From: Fidelibacterota bacterium | GTDB taxonomy: Bacteria; Fidelibacterota; UBA8477; JABMPR01 | NCBI GenBank assembly: GCA_016784025.1 | Contig: JADHVL010000006.1 | Location: forward strand, 86,910 to 150,909 | DNA length: 64,000 nucleotides | Direction: 5' to 3' | Shown here: piece by piece, positions 55,972-64,000 of the stretch | How positions within the stretch are numbered: the stretch's first letter is position 1 | How the letters are laid out: each line of letters begins with the position of its first letter | Notes under the pieces: model-generated | The model's input: only the letters and a program-made list of their open reading frames with translations | Database searches by the model: none | Told to the model about the DNA's origin: nothing | Program-made: the position numbers and the translations under genes

Positions 55972-55993
55972 ACAGATGTAGATTTTCAATAAA

Positions 55994-56026
55994 GGGGCTT
56001 CCAAATATACATGGGAGCCCTTTTTT
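55994..56026 (+). terminator. Rho-independent terminator after recA
   Basis: GGGCTTCC (55995-56002) pairs with GGGAGCCC (56013-56020), followed by T6. Confidence 0.75.
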
Positions 56027-56060
56027 ACCGCTAAGTGCACAAAGATCGCAAAGATTATTA

Positions 56061-56450
56061 ATGGTGAATGTTTTATCCGAAAATGAATTATCTGAGAAGA
56101 TAATTGGTGCTGCGATAGAGGTTCATAAAGAACTCGGCCCCGGATTACTTGAATCGGCATATGAAGCTGCACTTTTCTTTTAGTTAAGCTCATTGGATTT
56201 ATTGGTTCAAAAACAGGTGCCTGTTGAAACATTATATAAAGGTCATAGCCTAAATGTGGGCTTCCGGCTGGATTTATTAGTGGAAGAGAAAGTAATTATC
56301 GAGTTAAAAGCTGTGGATAACATATCTAACATCCATTTAGCACAAATGTTAACATATTTGAAAATATGTAACAAAAAGTTAGGATTGATATTGAATTTCA
56401 ATGTGAGATACTTGAACTCAGGAATCAAAAGAGTTGTTAATAATCTTTGA
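56061..56450 (+). pseudogene. GxxExxY-family (PD-(D/E)xK-like) gene interrupted by an in-frame TAG
   Basis: ATG 56061 gives ...GPGLLESAYEAALFF, then TAG at 56181-56183. The same frame continues LSSLDLLVQKQVPVETLYKG...DLLVEEKVIIELKAV...AQMLTYLK...LILNFN, which is a full family-length protein. TAG sits where the family has E (YEL). Confidence 0.7.
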
Positions 56451-56521
56451 ATCCACTTACATAAATAGAGCAGTTTAGCGTCCTTTGCGACTTTTGCGGT
56501 TATTTATTTTAGATCTGTATT

Positions 56522-57163
56522 ATGCCCAAAATCACTAAAATCACACAACAGAAGAAACTCAGCGAAAGATTTAATCTATTCGTAGATGGAAAATTTGAGC
56601 TAGGTGTTGATGGATCCCTCATCGTTAAGTATGACATCAAGGTTGGAGATGCGTATACTGACGAACTCAAACACGATCTTGAAAACGATGATCGTATCGA
56701 AATTGCCTATATAGGTCTCATCAATTTTATTGCCTTTCGTGAGCGATGTGAGCAGGAAGTCAAGGAATGGTTATACAAAAAGAAATATCATGATTTGGCT
56801 GACGAATTGATTGCCCGATTAACAGATCGAAACTATTTGAATAACGAAAGATTTGCCCGATTATTCATTAAAGATCGTGTGAAGATCCAGGGCTGGGGTC
56901 CTATTAGACTCAGACACGAGCTGAATGCAAAACGAATATCCAAACAGATTATTGAATCCGAAATTGAAGCCATCCGAGAAGATTTTGATTTCAATCAAAT
57001 GGCCCATGATCTGGCCTCGAAAAAATTAAAGAACATAGAGAAACCAACTTACAAAGATAAAAAACGGCTCTGGAGTCAACTCCAACGCCGCGGTTTCGAA
57101 GGGCCATCCATTTCTTTTGCTCTCCAGGGCTATACTTTTGTCAGCGATGACAAACCTTCCTGA
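56522..57163 (+). CDS. recX: RecA regulator RecX
   Basis: Three-repeat helical pattern (FRERCEQEVKEWL, LIARLTDRNYLNNERFARLFI, GWGPIRLRHELNAKRI) in the recA-proximal position. Confidence 0.75.
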   Translation: MPKITKITQQKKLSERFNLFVDGKFELGVDGSLIVKYDIKVGDAYTDELKHDLENDDRIEIAYIGLINFIAFRERCEQEVKEWLYKKKYHDLADELIARLTDRNYLNNERFARLFIKDRVKIQGWGPIRLRHELNAKRISKQIIESEIEAIREDFDFNQMAHDLASKKLKNIEKPTYKDKKRLWSQLQRRGFEGPSISFALQGYTFVSDDKPS

Positions 57164-57220
57164 TCTCCTGATCAACTAATTCATATTTCTATTTGGTGAA
57201 TTGACTTTCACCTCCTATGT

Positions 57221-59623
57221 TTGGTCAACCCCAAACATGTAGGTAAGATGTACAAAAGTGTCATGAACTTTGTGATGCCGCGTCCTATGATATTGGTATC
57301 GCTTCTATTTATCCTTGGAATACTGATTCAATGGAATCTCAATATGCCCATCGGGTTCCTAGGTATAATGACAGGCGTATTTATAGCTTTCGCCTTATTC
57401 CGTGGTGAATCTGATATATTACTCCTTCTAATCATCTTGTCCGGGTGCTTAAGAGTCGCTCTCCATGAGATGGTCCCATTAACTCATCTCTCCAATTTTA
57501 TAGCCAGGGCTGATTCTGTCTATGAGGTGAGGGGAGTCGTGCTCGCTGTAGGTGAAACACGGAGAGGTACCCCAAGATACCTGCTAAGCCCTAAGGCTAT
57601 CAATCAGCGGATTATTTCTGATGGATCGGTGATTCTCTATTCCAAAGATATTGAGCAAGCTGTAAATCCAGGTGACACTCTAATTGGACATATGCTATTG
57701 AACAGGCCCCGTGACAACCGAAACCCTCATGAGTTCAATTATCGTGAGTATTTGGAAGGAAAGAAAATCTATTATGAAGCCTTTCTTGAGGATGCTACAG
57801 GTGTGATCATTTCTAGTAGGGATGCCAGCTCCATATCCCTATTACTACTAGATATGCAGGACTTGATTTCCAGCCACTTTCACAAATATTTGTCCCCACG
57901 ATCAGCCGGGATTCTATCTGCTCTAATCCTTGGTGAAAAGAGCGAGATTGAAGAATCGACCAGAAATGATTTTGCCAATACTGGTGTCATTCATGTTCTG
58001 GCTGTGAGTGGACTGCATGTTGGTTATGTTTCGTTAATTCTGATAACAATATTTGGGCTATTTCGACTACCGCATCAAATGCAAATGGGCAGCGTGATAG
58101 TCGGATTAGTATTCTATGTTGGACTCACGGGTGCGGCACCCTCAGTCATGCGAGCATCCATCATGGCTTCGCTGATGATTATTGGCGGTATACTTGAGCG
58201 AAAATCTGATATCCTCAACCTCCTTGCCTCTGCGGCCTTCATCATATTAGTTATTTCTCCTGCACAACTAGATAATATCGGATTCCAGCTCTCCTTTTTA
58301 GCAGTTTTGAGTATTGTGACTCTATTTCCAATCTTCAAAACGGTAGTGAGTGGACTTCCAATTTGTAAAACGGGTGTTTTTGGAAATATTCTTAATCCAA
58401 TCCTCGATCTCTTCCTGGTTTCACTGGCAGCACAATTAGGAACCTTAGCCATCACTATCTTTTACTTTAATAAGATTCCTATCGTAAGTCTTGTGGCGAA
58501 CCTGGTAGTGGTTCCACTGATAGGTGTGATCGTGGCTACTGGCATGAGTTTTCTTATCCTGGGGTCCCTTTTTCCTATCCTGGCTCGGCTGTGGGCTGCA
58601 ACCATCGAGGGTGCCGTTGACTTTATGCTCTGGTTTGTTCAAATCTGTGCGCAAGTTGATTGGGCATATATAACAATACGATCAATCCAGCATTTTGAGT
58701 TAGTACTTCTTTTGATCGGTATCTTTGCCATAACAGTTATGGAATACCGAAAAGTCATCAGGCTATGGGTAATCCTTGTATTGCTTTGGATGGTTATTCA
58801 ATCCTGGCAATCACTACTTAAACCTGCAAATCTCGAACTAGTTGTATTAGATGTGGGCCAGGGTGATGCCATCCTTATTCACGCACCCAATGGAAAGACA
58901 ATGCTCATTGATACTGGCTTACGATTTGGAGGAAAAGATATGGGGAAGGATGTGATCATTCCCTATCTAAATTATCGTAATTGGCCTGAGATAGACATCC
59001 TCGTTTTGACACATCCACACAATGATCACATTGGCGGAGCCCAGTATCTTATCGAAAATATTGATGTGGGGAAGGTGCTAATGCCTGACATTGAATACGA
59101 ATCATATGGCTACAATGTGTTGTGTGATATCATCCATTCTAAAAATATTCCTACAACGCCAGTATTTACTGGTTACATCGATTCAACGCTTAAACCAATC
59201 TATTTCAGGGTAACTGGACCAAAGTGGTATGATCATTCATCCCGCCCTTCAAACATCAATAATACATCAATCGTTATCCAACTATTCTATGGTGAATCAA
59301 GTGTGTTGCTCACTGGTGATGGAGAGGAAAACATGGAGCACGAACAGGTGCACCTCGGTCGGTTGTTAAAAAGTGATTTGATCAAAGCACCCCACCATGG
59401 TTCAAAAACCAGTTCAAGTCAAGCATACATCAATCTCGTGGATCCCCAGGTTTGCCTGATAAGTCTGGGAAAGAAGAACAAATTCAGACATCCATCAAAG
59501 ATTACACTGGAGAAATACACAGAGCTTGGGGCAGATATACACAGAACTGACCTGGAAGGTGCCCAAGTCTTTAGAAGTGATGGAAAAGTATGGCATCGAG
59601 TTGACTGGAAAGATGATAATTAG
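57221..59623 (+). CDS. comEC: DNA internalization competence protein ComEC/Rec2 (with C-terminal metallo-beta-lactamase domain)
   Basis: Multi-TM competence domain (TGVIHVLAVSGLHVG). MBL motifs VLDVGQGDA and THPHNDHIGG. The start could be ATG 57248. Confidence 0.9.
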   Translation: MVNPKHVGKMYKSVMNFVMPRPMILVSLLFILGILIQWNLNMPIGFLGIMTGVFIAFALFRGESDILLLLIILSGCLRVALHEMVPLTHLSNFIARADSVYEVRGVVLAVGETRRGTPRYLLSPKAINQRIISDGSVILYSKDIEQAVNPGDTLIGHMLLNRPRDNRNPHEFNYREYLEGKKIYYEAFLEDATGVIISSRDASSISLLLLDMQDLISSHFHKYLSPRSAGILSALILGEKSEIEESTRNDFANTGVIHVLAVSGLHVGYVSLILITIFGLFRLPHQMQMGSVIVGLVFYVGLTGAAPSVMRASIMASLMIIGGILERKSDILNLLASAAFIILVISPAQLDNIGFQLSFLAVLSIVTLFPIFKTVVSGLPICKTGVFGNILNPILDLFLVSLAAQLGTLAITIFYFNKIPIVSLVANLVVVPLIGVIVATGMSFLILGSLFPILARLWAATIEGAVDFMLWFVQICAQVDWAYITIRSIQHFELVLLLIGIFAITVMEYRKVIRLWVILVLLWMVIQSWQSLLKPANLELVVLDVGQGDAILIHAPNGKTMLIDTGLRFGGKDMGKDVIIPYLNYRNWPEIDILVLTHPHNDHIGGAQYLIENIDVGKVLMPDIEYESYGYNVLCDIIHSKNIPTTPVFTGYIDSTLKPIYFRVTGPKWYDHSSRPSNINNTSIVIQLFYGESSVLLTGDGEENMEHEQVHLGRLLKSDLIKAPHHGSKTSSSQAYINLVDPQVCLISLGKKNKFRHPSKITLEKYTELGADIHRTDLEGAQVFRSDGKVWHRVDWKDDN

Positions 59624-59696
59624 TTGATAAACGGTTTCGATATGAAGGACATTGTACGATATTGAAGGCCAACAGTTTTACTAAATGGAGCAATAA

Positions 59697-61013
59697 ATGT
59701 CTACCCCGATTCTCATTAAAAATGCTAGATGTGTCTCATCCAAAGGTATCGTTAAACAGGACGTTCTTCTCAGAGATGGAAAAATTGCTCAGCTAGGTGA
59801 AATAGGTGAGTCAACTGCTGAAAGGGTTATCGATGGAACACACCTGTATTTATTGCCTGGTGCTCTTGATCCCCAGGTCCATTTTCGTGATCCAGGACTT
59901 ACTCATAAAGAGGATTTAAGGACGGGTTCCATGGCGGCTGCTTCAGGAGGTGTCACCAGCTTTTTTGACATGCCTAACACCAAACCATCTACGATCACGA
60001 TTGAAGGTATGGCCGACCGAAAACGAAATGCTGCTGAAAAATGCGTGGTGAACTATAACTTTTTTATTGGAGCCACCAATACCAATCTTGAGGTCCTTAA
60101 TGGTGTAGAGAATGTGCCTGGTATTAAAATATTTATGGGTTCTTCAACCGGGGATTTGCTGGTCAGTGATACTAAGGATCTTGATAATATCTTTGGGAAT
60201 GGATCCCGCCTCATCGCTGTCCATGCTGAGGATGATGACATTATTAATGCTGCTCAGGAAATTTACAAGAATTCCACCGATTTTAATCATCACCAATTTG
60301 TCAGACCAGCCGATGCCGCTTTAAAAGCTACAACTCTGGCTGTTGAGCTCTCTATCAAATATCAGCGTCGTCTCCATATTTTACATCTGACCACCCTGGA
60401 TGAGGTGAGGTATCTTGAAATCCAGAAATCCAAGGCTCCTATATCTGCAGAAGTTTGCCCCCAACATTTTCTTTTGAGTGCACCCCATGTTTATCAGAAA
60501 TTAGGCGCCTATGCCCAGATGAATCCTCCTATCAGGGATTTGCAGCATGGTGAAGCCCTCTGGGATGGTCTGGTAAATGGAGTGATCGACTGTATAGCCA
60601 CCGATCATGCGCCCCACACCCATGAAGAGAAAGCCAAACCCTTTGGACAGGCACCTTCAGGTATGCCAGGTGTAGAGACTTCCTTACCGATGTTACTTGA
60701 CCGGGCCAACCGTGGATTGTGCAAAATTGAGGATGTTGTGAAGTGGATGTGTGAGAAGCCGGTGGAATTGTACAAAGTAAAAAACAAGGGTCATATCAAA
60801 GTAGGTTACGATGCAGATCTCGTATTGGTTGATATGGGTATAAAACGATCTATTGAGAATGGCAAGCTCTGGACCAAAGTCAATTGGAGTCCCTATGATG
60901 GCTGGACCACACAGGGCTGGCCAGTTACCACCATTGTAAATGGACATGTGGTTTATCAGGATGGTGAAATTGATGAGAGCGTCAAGGGTCGGGAAGTCCT
61001 GATTGACGCTTAG
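59697..61013 (+). CDS. pyrC: Dihydroorotase (cyclic amidohydrolase)
   Basis: DPQVHFRDPG, metal ligands in VHAED and CIATDHAPH, and a C-terminal composite domain. Allantoinase or dihydropyrimidinase cannot be excluded by eye. Confidence 0.75.
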   Translation: MSTPILIKNARCVSSKGIVKQDVLLRDGKIAQLGEIGESTAERVIDGTHLYLLPGALDPQVHFRDPGLTHKEDLRTGSMAAASGGVTSFFDMPNTKPSTITIEGMADRKRNAAEKCVVNYNFFIGATNTNLEVLNGVENVPGIKIFMGSSTGDLLVSDTKDLDNIFGNGSRLIAVHAEDDDIINAAQEIYKNSTDFNHHQFVRPADAALKATTLAVELSIKYQRRLHILHLTTLDEVRYLEIQKSKAPISAEVCPQHFLLSAPHVYQKLGAYAQMNPPIRDLQHGEALWDGLVNGVIDCIATDHAPHTHEEKAKPFGQAPSGMPGVETSLPMLLDRANRGLCKIEDVVKWMCEKPVELYKVKNKGHIKVGYDADLVLVDMGIKRSIENGKLWTKVNWSPYDGWTTQGWPVTTIVNGHVVYQDGEIDESVKGREVLIDA

Positions 61014-61633
61014 CTCTTAGCAATATGCCTTTTTAGAAATGTAAATGCAGCTTTGGCAATGAGGGCATGACCCTCATGATGGGGATGTATCTGATCATCA
61101 GCCCACTCCCGGGCAGGTTTTTGTTTTACAGCAATATCAAAAACAGATTGAATATCAAGTACAGGAATTGTGTACTTTTGCGCTACTGACTTGACGACAT
61201 CGCAATACTCACTCATTCTCAAGTAAAATGTCTCAGATTTCGAATCCGAAATTAGATAGGGCGTAAATAAGAAAAATTGAGCCATGGGTAGGCCAGTGTG
61301 TAGGTTCTGGACTAGTTTATCCAGCCCGGTTGCATTCTTCCGAATATGACGACTCCCTCCACCAGAGATGAAATCATTGTACGCATCATTAATCCCTATC
61401 TTTATGACTACTGCATCAGGCTTGTGATCCAGGACATCCTCCTGATAACGATTAAGTAAATCTCCAACCATATGTCCATTGACACCAGAATTGACAAACT
61501 GGATTCCATCGAGCTCAGTATCAAATGAAAACAAATCCTTCAACATTGAAACATAGCCGTCACCCAGAGGATTGTGAAGGTTTCGATTGGCGGCAGTAAT
61601 GCTGTCACCAAAAAAGACGATTTTTGATATCAT
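61010..61633 (-). CDS. SGNH/GDSL-family hydrolase
   Basis: Block I FFGDSIT. Block III GINDA. Block V DQIHPH. The 3' end converges on pyrC with a 4-nt overlap. Confidence 0.8.
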   Translation of the reverse strand: MISKIVFFGDSITAANRNLHNPLGDGYVSMLKDLFSFDTELDGIQFVNSGVNGHMVGDLLNRYQEDVLDHKPDAVVIKIGINDAYNDFISGGGSRHIRKNATGLDKLVQNLHTGLPMAQFFLFTPYLISDSKSETFYLRMSEYCDVVKSVAQKYTIPVLDIQSVFDIAVKQKPAREWADDQIHPHHEGHALIAKAAFTFLKRHIAKS

Positions 61634-61641
61634 TTGAGCGC

Positions 61642-62313
61642 CTAGAATTGACTTGAGATGTCTTTGAGACTCTTCTTATCTATATCTGGTACTTCTACAT
61701 CCTCTGCGGGGTGACCCACAACCAAGAGGAGAAATGGTTTTTCCCCCTCAGGTCGCTTCAATATTTTTGTCAGGAAATTCATAGGACTGGGTGTATGAGT
61801 GATTGTCACAAGTCCTACATTATGGAGAGCAGTGATAAGTACCCCCGTAGCGATGCCAACTGATTCTTTGGCATAATAGTGCTTTGTTTTATTACCCTGC
61901 TCATCAATGGCATATTTTTGCTCAAAAATAGCAATGAGCACAGGTGCTGTCTCCAAAAAAGGTTTATCTGCATTCGTACCCAAAGGTTCGAGCGCTTCTA
62001 ACCAGGAATCTCCAGCACGTCCAGCATAAAAATTTCGTTCTTCTTCCTCGGCAGCTTCACGAATTTGTGCTTTGATGGATGAATCTCGAATGATGACAAA
62101 ATACCATGGCTGTTGATTAGCACCACTGGGTGCTGTGCCAGCAGTCTTAAGGCAATTATCGATAACCTCTTGTGACACTTCCTCGTTTGAAAACTCACGT
62201 ATGGTTCTTCGGGATTTCATGAATTCATAAAATTCAGCAGATCGCCGAAGCATTTCAGATCGGGTTAGATCAATAGGTTTACTAAATGGAATGAACTTTT
62301 TTGTCATATACAC
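61642..62313 (-). CDS. Nitroreductase-superfamily flavoprotein, iodotyrosine deiodinase (IYD)-like
   Basis: SRRTIREF, TAGTAPSGANQQPWYFV, EEEERNFY...(+21)K and GLVTITHTP. The layout parallels IYD end to end. Confidence 0.75.
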   Translation of the reverse strand: MYMTKKFIPFSKPIDLTRSEMLRRSAEFYEFMKSRRTIREFSNEEVSQEVIDNCLKTAGTAPSGANQQPWYFVIIRDSSIKAQIREAAEEEERNFYAGRAGDSWLEALEPLGTNADKPFLETAPVLIAIFEQKYAIDEQGNKTKHYYAKESVGIATGVLITALHNVGLVTITHTPSPMNFLTKILKRPEGEKPFLLLVVGHPAEDVEVPDIDKKSLKDISSQF

Positions 62314-62409
62314 CCTAACACTGTGATTCTATTTTTCCAGTAAAGTAATCAGACGCATCTGGGGCATCCATAGCCAAATTGGGTTTGAGCATAAAATGTG
62401 AGAGACATT

Positions 62410-62538
62410 TGCCTGCTACGACGTAGTTCGATTAGGTCGTTGGATGAATACTTCTCGTATTCGCGTTATGTTCATCAGCGGAGTTTATCCCGAGCAGGTC
62501 GCGGGGACGCGGTCGACTTCTCTATGTTAGAGCGAAGT
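62410..62538. repeat. ~128-bp direct repeat, copy A (flanks the GIY-YIG gene)
   Basis: TTGCCTGCTACGACGTAG...TCAGCGGAGTTTATCCCGAGCAGGTCGCGGGGACGCGGTCGACTTCTC...GAGCGAAGT aligns with 62789..62916. The ends are near-identical and the centre is diverged. Confidence 0.8.
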
Positions 62539-62783
62539 TATAGTCTTTTTTTAGCAAATGCACGCCCAGATGGAGTCTTTAAATAATGCTCAAAGGCAAT
62601 GGCCTGCTCCTTGGACTTAAAGGCGAGATAAGTTTTAATCATCCATGGTTTGTACCTTGATGAATATTCATCTTCATGACGATGGTGTTCTGATAACCTT
62701 CGCTTTAAATCTTTAGTAGCTCCTGTGTAGAATCGATCAGGATGCGAAACAGATTGAATTATGTAAACATAATGCATGCTCAC
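62538..62783 (-). CDS. Small GIY-YIG nuclease-family protein
   Basis: HYVYIIQS...FYTGATKDLKRRLSEH (GIY-YIG N-terminal half). 81 aa. GTG 62783 or more likely ATG 62777 is the start. Confidence 0.8.
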   Translation of the reverse strand: MSMHYVYIIQSVSHPDRFYTGATKDLKRRLSEHHRHEDEYSSRYKPWMIKTYLAFKSKEQAIAFEHYLKTPSGRAFAKKRL

Positions 62784-62788
62784 TCCAG

Positions 62789-62916
62789 TTGCCTGCTGCG
62801 ACGTAGCTCAAATATATAATTGATTGATAATACCCGTCTTCGCTTCATGTTATTCAGCGGAGTTTATCCCGAGCGGTCGAGGGGACGCGGTCGACTTCTC
62901 GCCGTTGGAGCGAAGT
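62789..62916. repeat. ~128-bp direct repeat, copy B (between the tRNA-Leu 3' end and the GIY-YIG start)
   Basis: See copy A. It contains CCCGAGCGGTCGAGGGG, related to the CCCGAGCGGAGTCGAGGG palindromic-element core. Confidence 0.8.
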
Positions 62917-62920
62917 CGAG

Positions 62921-63004
62921 TACCAGGGGGGGGAGTCGAACCCCCACAGTGTTGCCACCGGTGGATTTTGAGTCCACTGCGTCTACCAATTCCGCCACCC
63001 TGGC
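62921..63004 (-). tRNA. tRNA-Leu (anticodon CAA), type II
   Basis: The reverse complement is GCCAGGGTGGCGGAATTGGTAGACGCAGTGGACTCAAAATCCAC...GGGGGTTCGACTCCCCCCCCTGGTA. The anticodon loop is CTCAAAA. The T arm is GGGGG/CCCCC. The 1-72 pair would be G-U. Confidence 0.85.
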
Positions 63005-63127
63005 TGTTTCTAAAAGCGCGCCATGATACATTCTGTCAGCGTGGGTGTCAATAAAATGCTGTGCTTTTAAAAGAAAATGTTTATCATTGACGAAACTGAA
63101 AAATAATCCCAAGAAGGAGGAGCTGTC

Positions 63128-64000
63128 GTGGAATTCAAGACGATTGCAGAAATGTTTCTTAATGTCACAAAAAGCCATGCTGACGCAGAATTATTTACTG
63201 AAAAAGTTAATGGTGAATGGGTGGGAGATAAGGGCAAAGATATATATGAAATGGTTAAGAATGCATCATACGGTATGGCATCTCTAGGGATTCAACCTAA
63301 GGATAATGTAGCGATTCTTTCCACGAACTGTCGGCGCTGGGCATATTCAGACTATGCCATCGCTACCAGAGGTGCTACTTCTGTGACGGTTTATCCTACC
63401 TTGATCGCGAGTCAGGTACAATACATCGTCGCTCACTCAGATTCAAAACTGGTCTTTGCTCAGGATGCCAGTCAGATGGATAAGGTTCTCCAGATTAAAG
63501 CAGACTGTCCTGAATTGAAGTCAGTGGTCTATTTTGATGAATCACTTTCCTATGACGATGCCGATGTTATTTCCTTTAATGAACTCATGGAAAAGGGCAA
63601 GGCATTTGCTTCATCTGATGGTGCCTATGATTTCGAGACTCAGGCACGTAGCGTAAAACCTGATGATATTTTAACCCTTATATATACCAGTGGTACAACA
63701 GGAAATCCCAAGGGTGTGATGTTAAAGCATAGCAATCTTGTGAGCAATATTCTGTCTTGTAATGCACGCCTGGGTATTAGTGATGAAGATAAATTTTTAT
63801 CATTCTTACCTCTGAGTCATAGTTTTGAAAGATTGGGTGACTATGTAGGTACTCATGTGGGTGCAAATATCACTTACGCCGAATCAATGGAGCAGGTTAT
63901 TGCTAACCTTTCAGAAGTTAATCCTACTGTTGCAATGTCAGTACCAAGGCTCTACGAAAAAATGTACGCTGGAGTCCAGGCCAAATTTGCAGGTGGCTCT
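63128..64000 (+). CDS. AMP-dependent long-chain acyl-CoA synthetase (FadD-like), 3'-truncated by the window edge
   Basis: Not in the ORF track because there is no stop in the window. GTG 63128 follows AAGGAGGAG. The translation contains the AMP-binding signature LIYTSGTTGNPKGVML and FLPLSHSFER. The frame is open to nt 64000. Confidence 0.85.
   Translation, partial: MEFKTIAEMFLNVTKSHADAELFTEKVNGEWVGDKGKDIYEMVKNASYGMASLGIQPKDNVAILSTNCRRWAYSDYAIATRGATSVTVYPTLIASQVQYIVAHSDSKLVFAQDASQMDKVLQIKADCPELKSVVYFDESLSYDDADVISFNELMEKGKAFASSDGAYDFETQARSVKPDDILTLIYTSGTTGNPKGVMLKHSNLVSNILSCNARLGISDEDKFLSFLPLSHSFERLGDYVGTHVGANITYAESMEQVIANLSEVNPTVAMSVPRLYEKMYAGVQAKFAGGS

Noticed and set aside
62864-63178. 104-aa minus-strand ORF and 62820..63054 plus-strand ORFs
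   Set aside because: They overlap the tRNA-Leu(CAA) gene and the 128-bp repeat and are not coding.
1-64000. CRISPR arrays, rRNA genes, integrases, phage or defence-island gene sets
   Set aside because: I scanned both strands for regularly spaced repeats and for cas, integrase, restriction, abortive-infection or reverse-transcriptase motifs. None were found. The only nuclease-type accessory genes are the small GIY-YIG, GxxExxY and Y1 transposase cassettes already listed.

Overview
All calls come from reading the sequence and ORF translations by eye; no database, HMM or folding search was run. This is a densely coding chromosomal window with about 60 CDS, all but three on the + strand, from a diderm bacterium. 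A T9SS C-terminal sorting domain, many lipoproteins and clear Shine-Dalgarno sites suggest an FCB-type lineage outside Bacteroidia (inference only).

Housekeeping genes recognised by motif: alaS, gcvPB, lysA, a RidA-family gene, ggt, lepB, rnhB (fused to a YraN domain), a hutH-like gene, obg, dprA, dnaX-ybaB-recR, pgsA-pgpA-cinA-thpR-recA, recX, comEC and pyrC.

RNA genes:
- tRNA-Leu(CAG) at 4299..4384 (+)
- tRNA-Leu(CAA) at 62921..63004 (-)
- an SRP (4.5S-type) RNA at ~49113..49245, hidden inside the 5' extension of the listed dnaX ORF

The most unusual block is 5721..25542:
- It opens with a PhnD-like binding protein, a sensor kinase and a sigma-54 activator.
- A near-gapless same-strand gene run follows: two cytoplasmic CYTH-fold proteins (one degenerate, one canonical), a TctC-TctB fusion plus TctA, two tandem Na/Pi-cotransporter-PhoU paralogs, an exported CYTH-like lipoprotein, a DASS permease and a porin.
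- Three beta-propeller lipoproteins come next.
- I know of no characterised system with this composition and propose it as a candidate (poly/tri)phosphate or organo-anion acquisition locus.

Other notable items:
- an E. coli-like A AAA AAG -1 frameshift cassette in dnaX
- an RNase HII-YraN fusion
- a DnaQ-exonuclease/Fe-S DinG fusion
- an archaeal-type ferredoxin plus geranylgeranyl reductase pair
- an iodotyrosine-deiodinase-like nitroreductase
- an IS200/RAYT-like gene flanked by hairpin doublets
- a GxxExxY cassette with an in-frame TAG inserted between recA and recX
- a GIY-YIG cassette bracketed by ~128-bp direct repeats next to a tRNA
- a duplicated tRNA-Leu 3' end
- a family of perfect palindromic intergenic repeats

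No CRISPR array, rRNA, integrase or prophage was seen.
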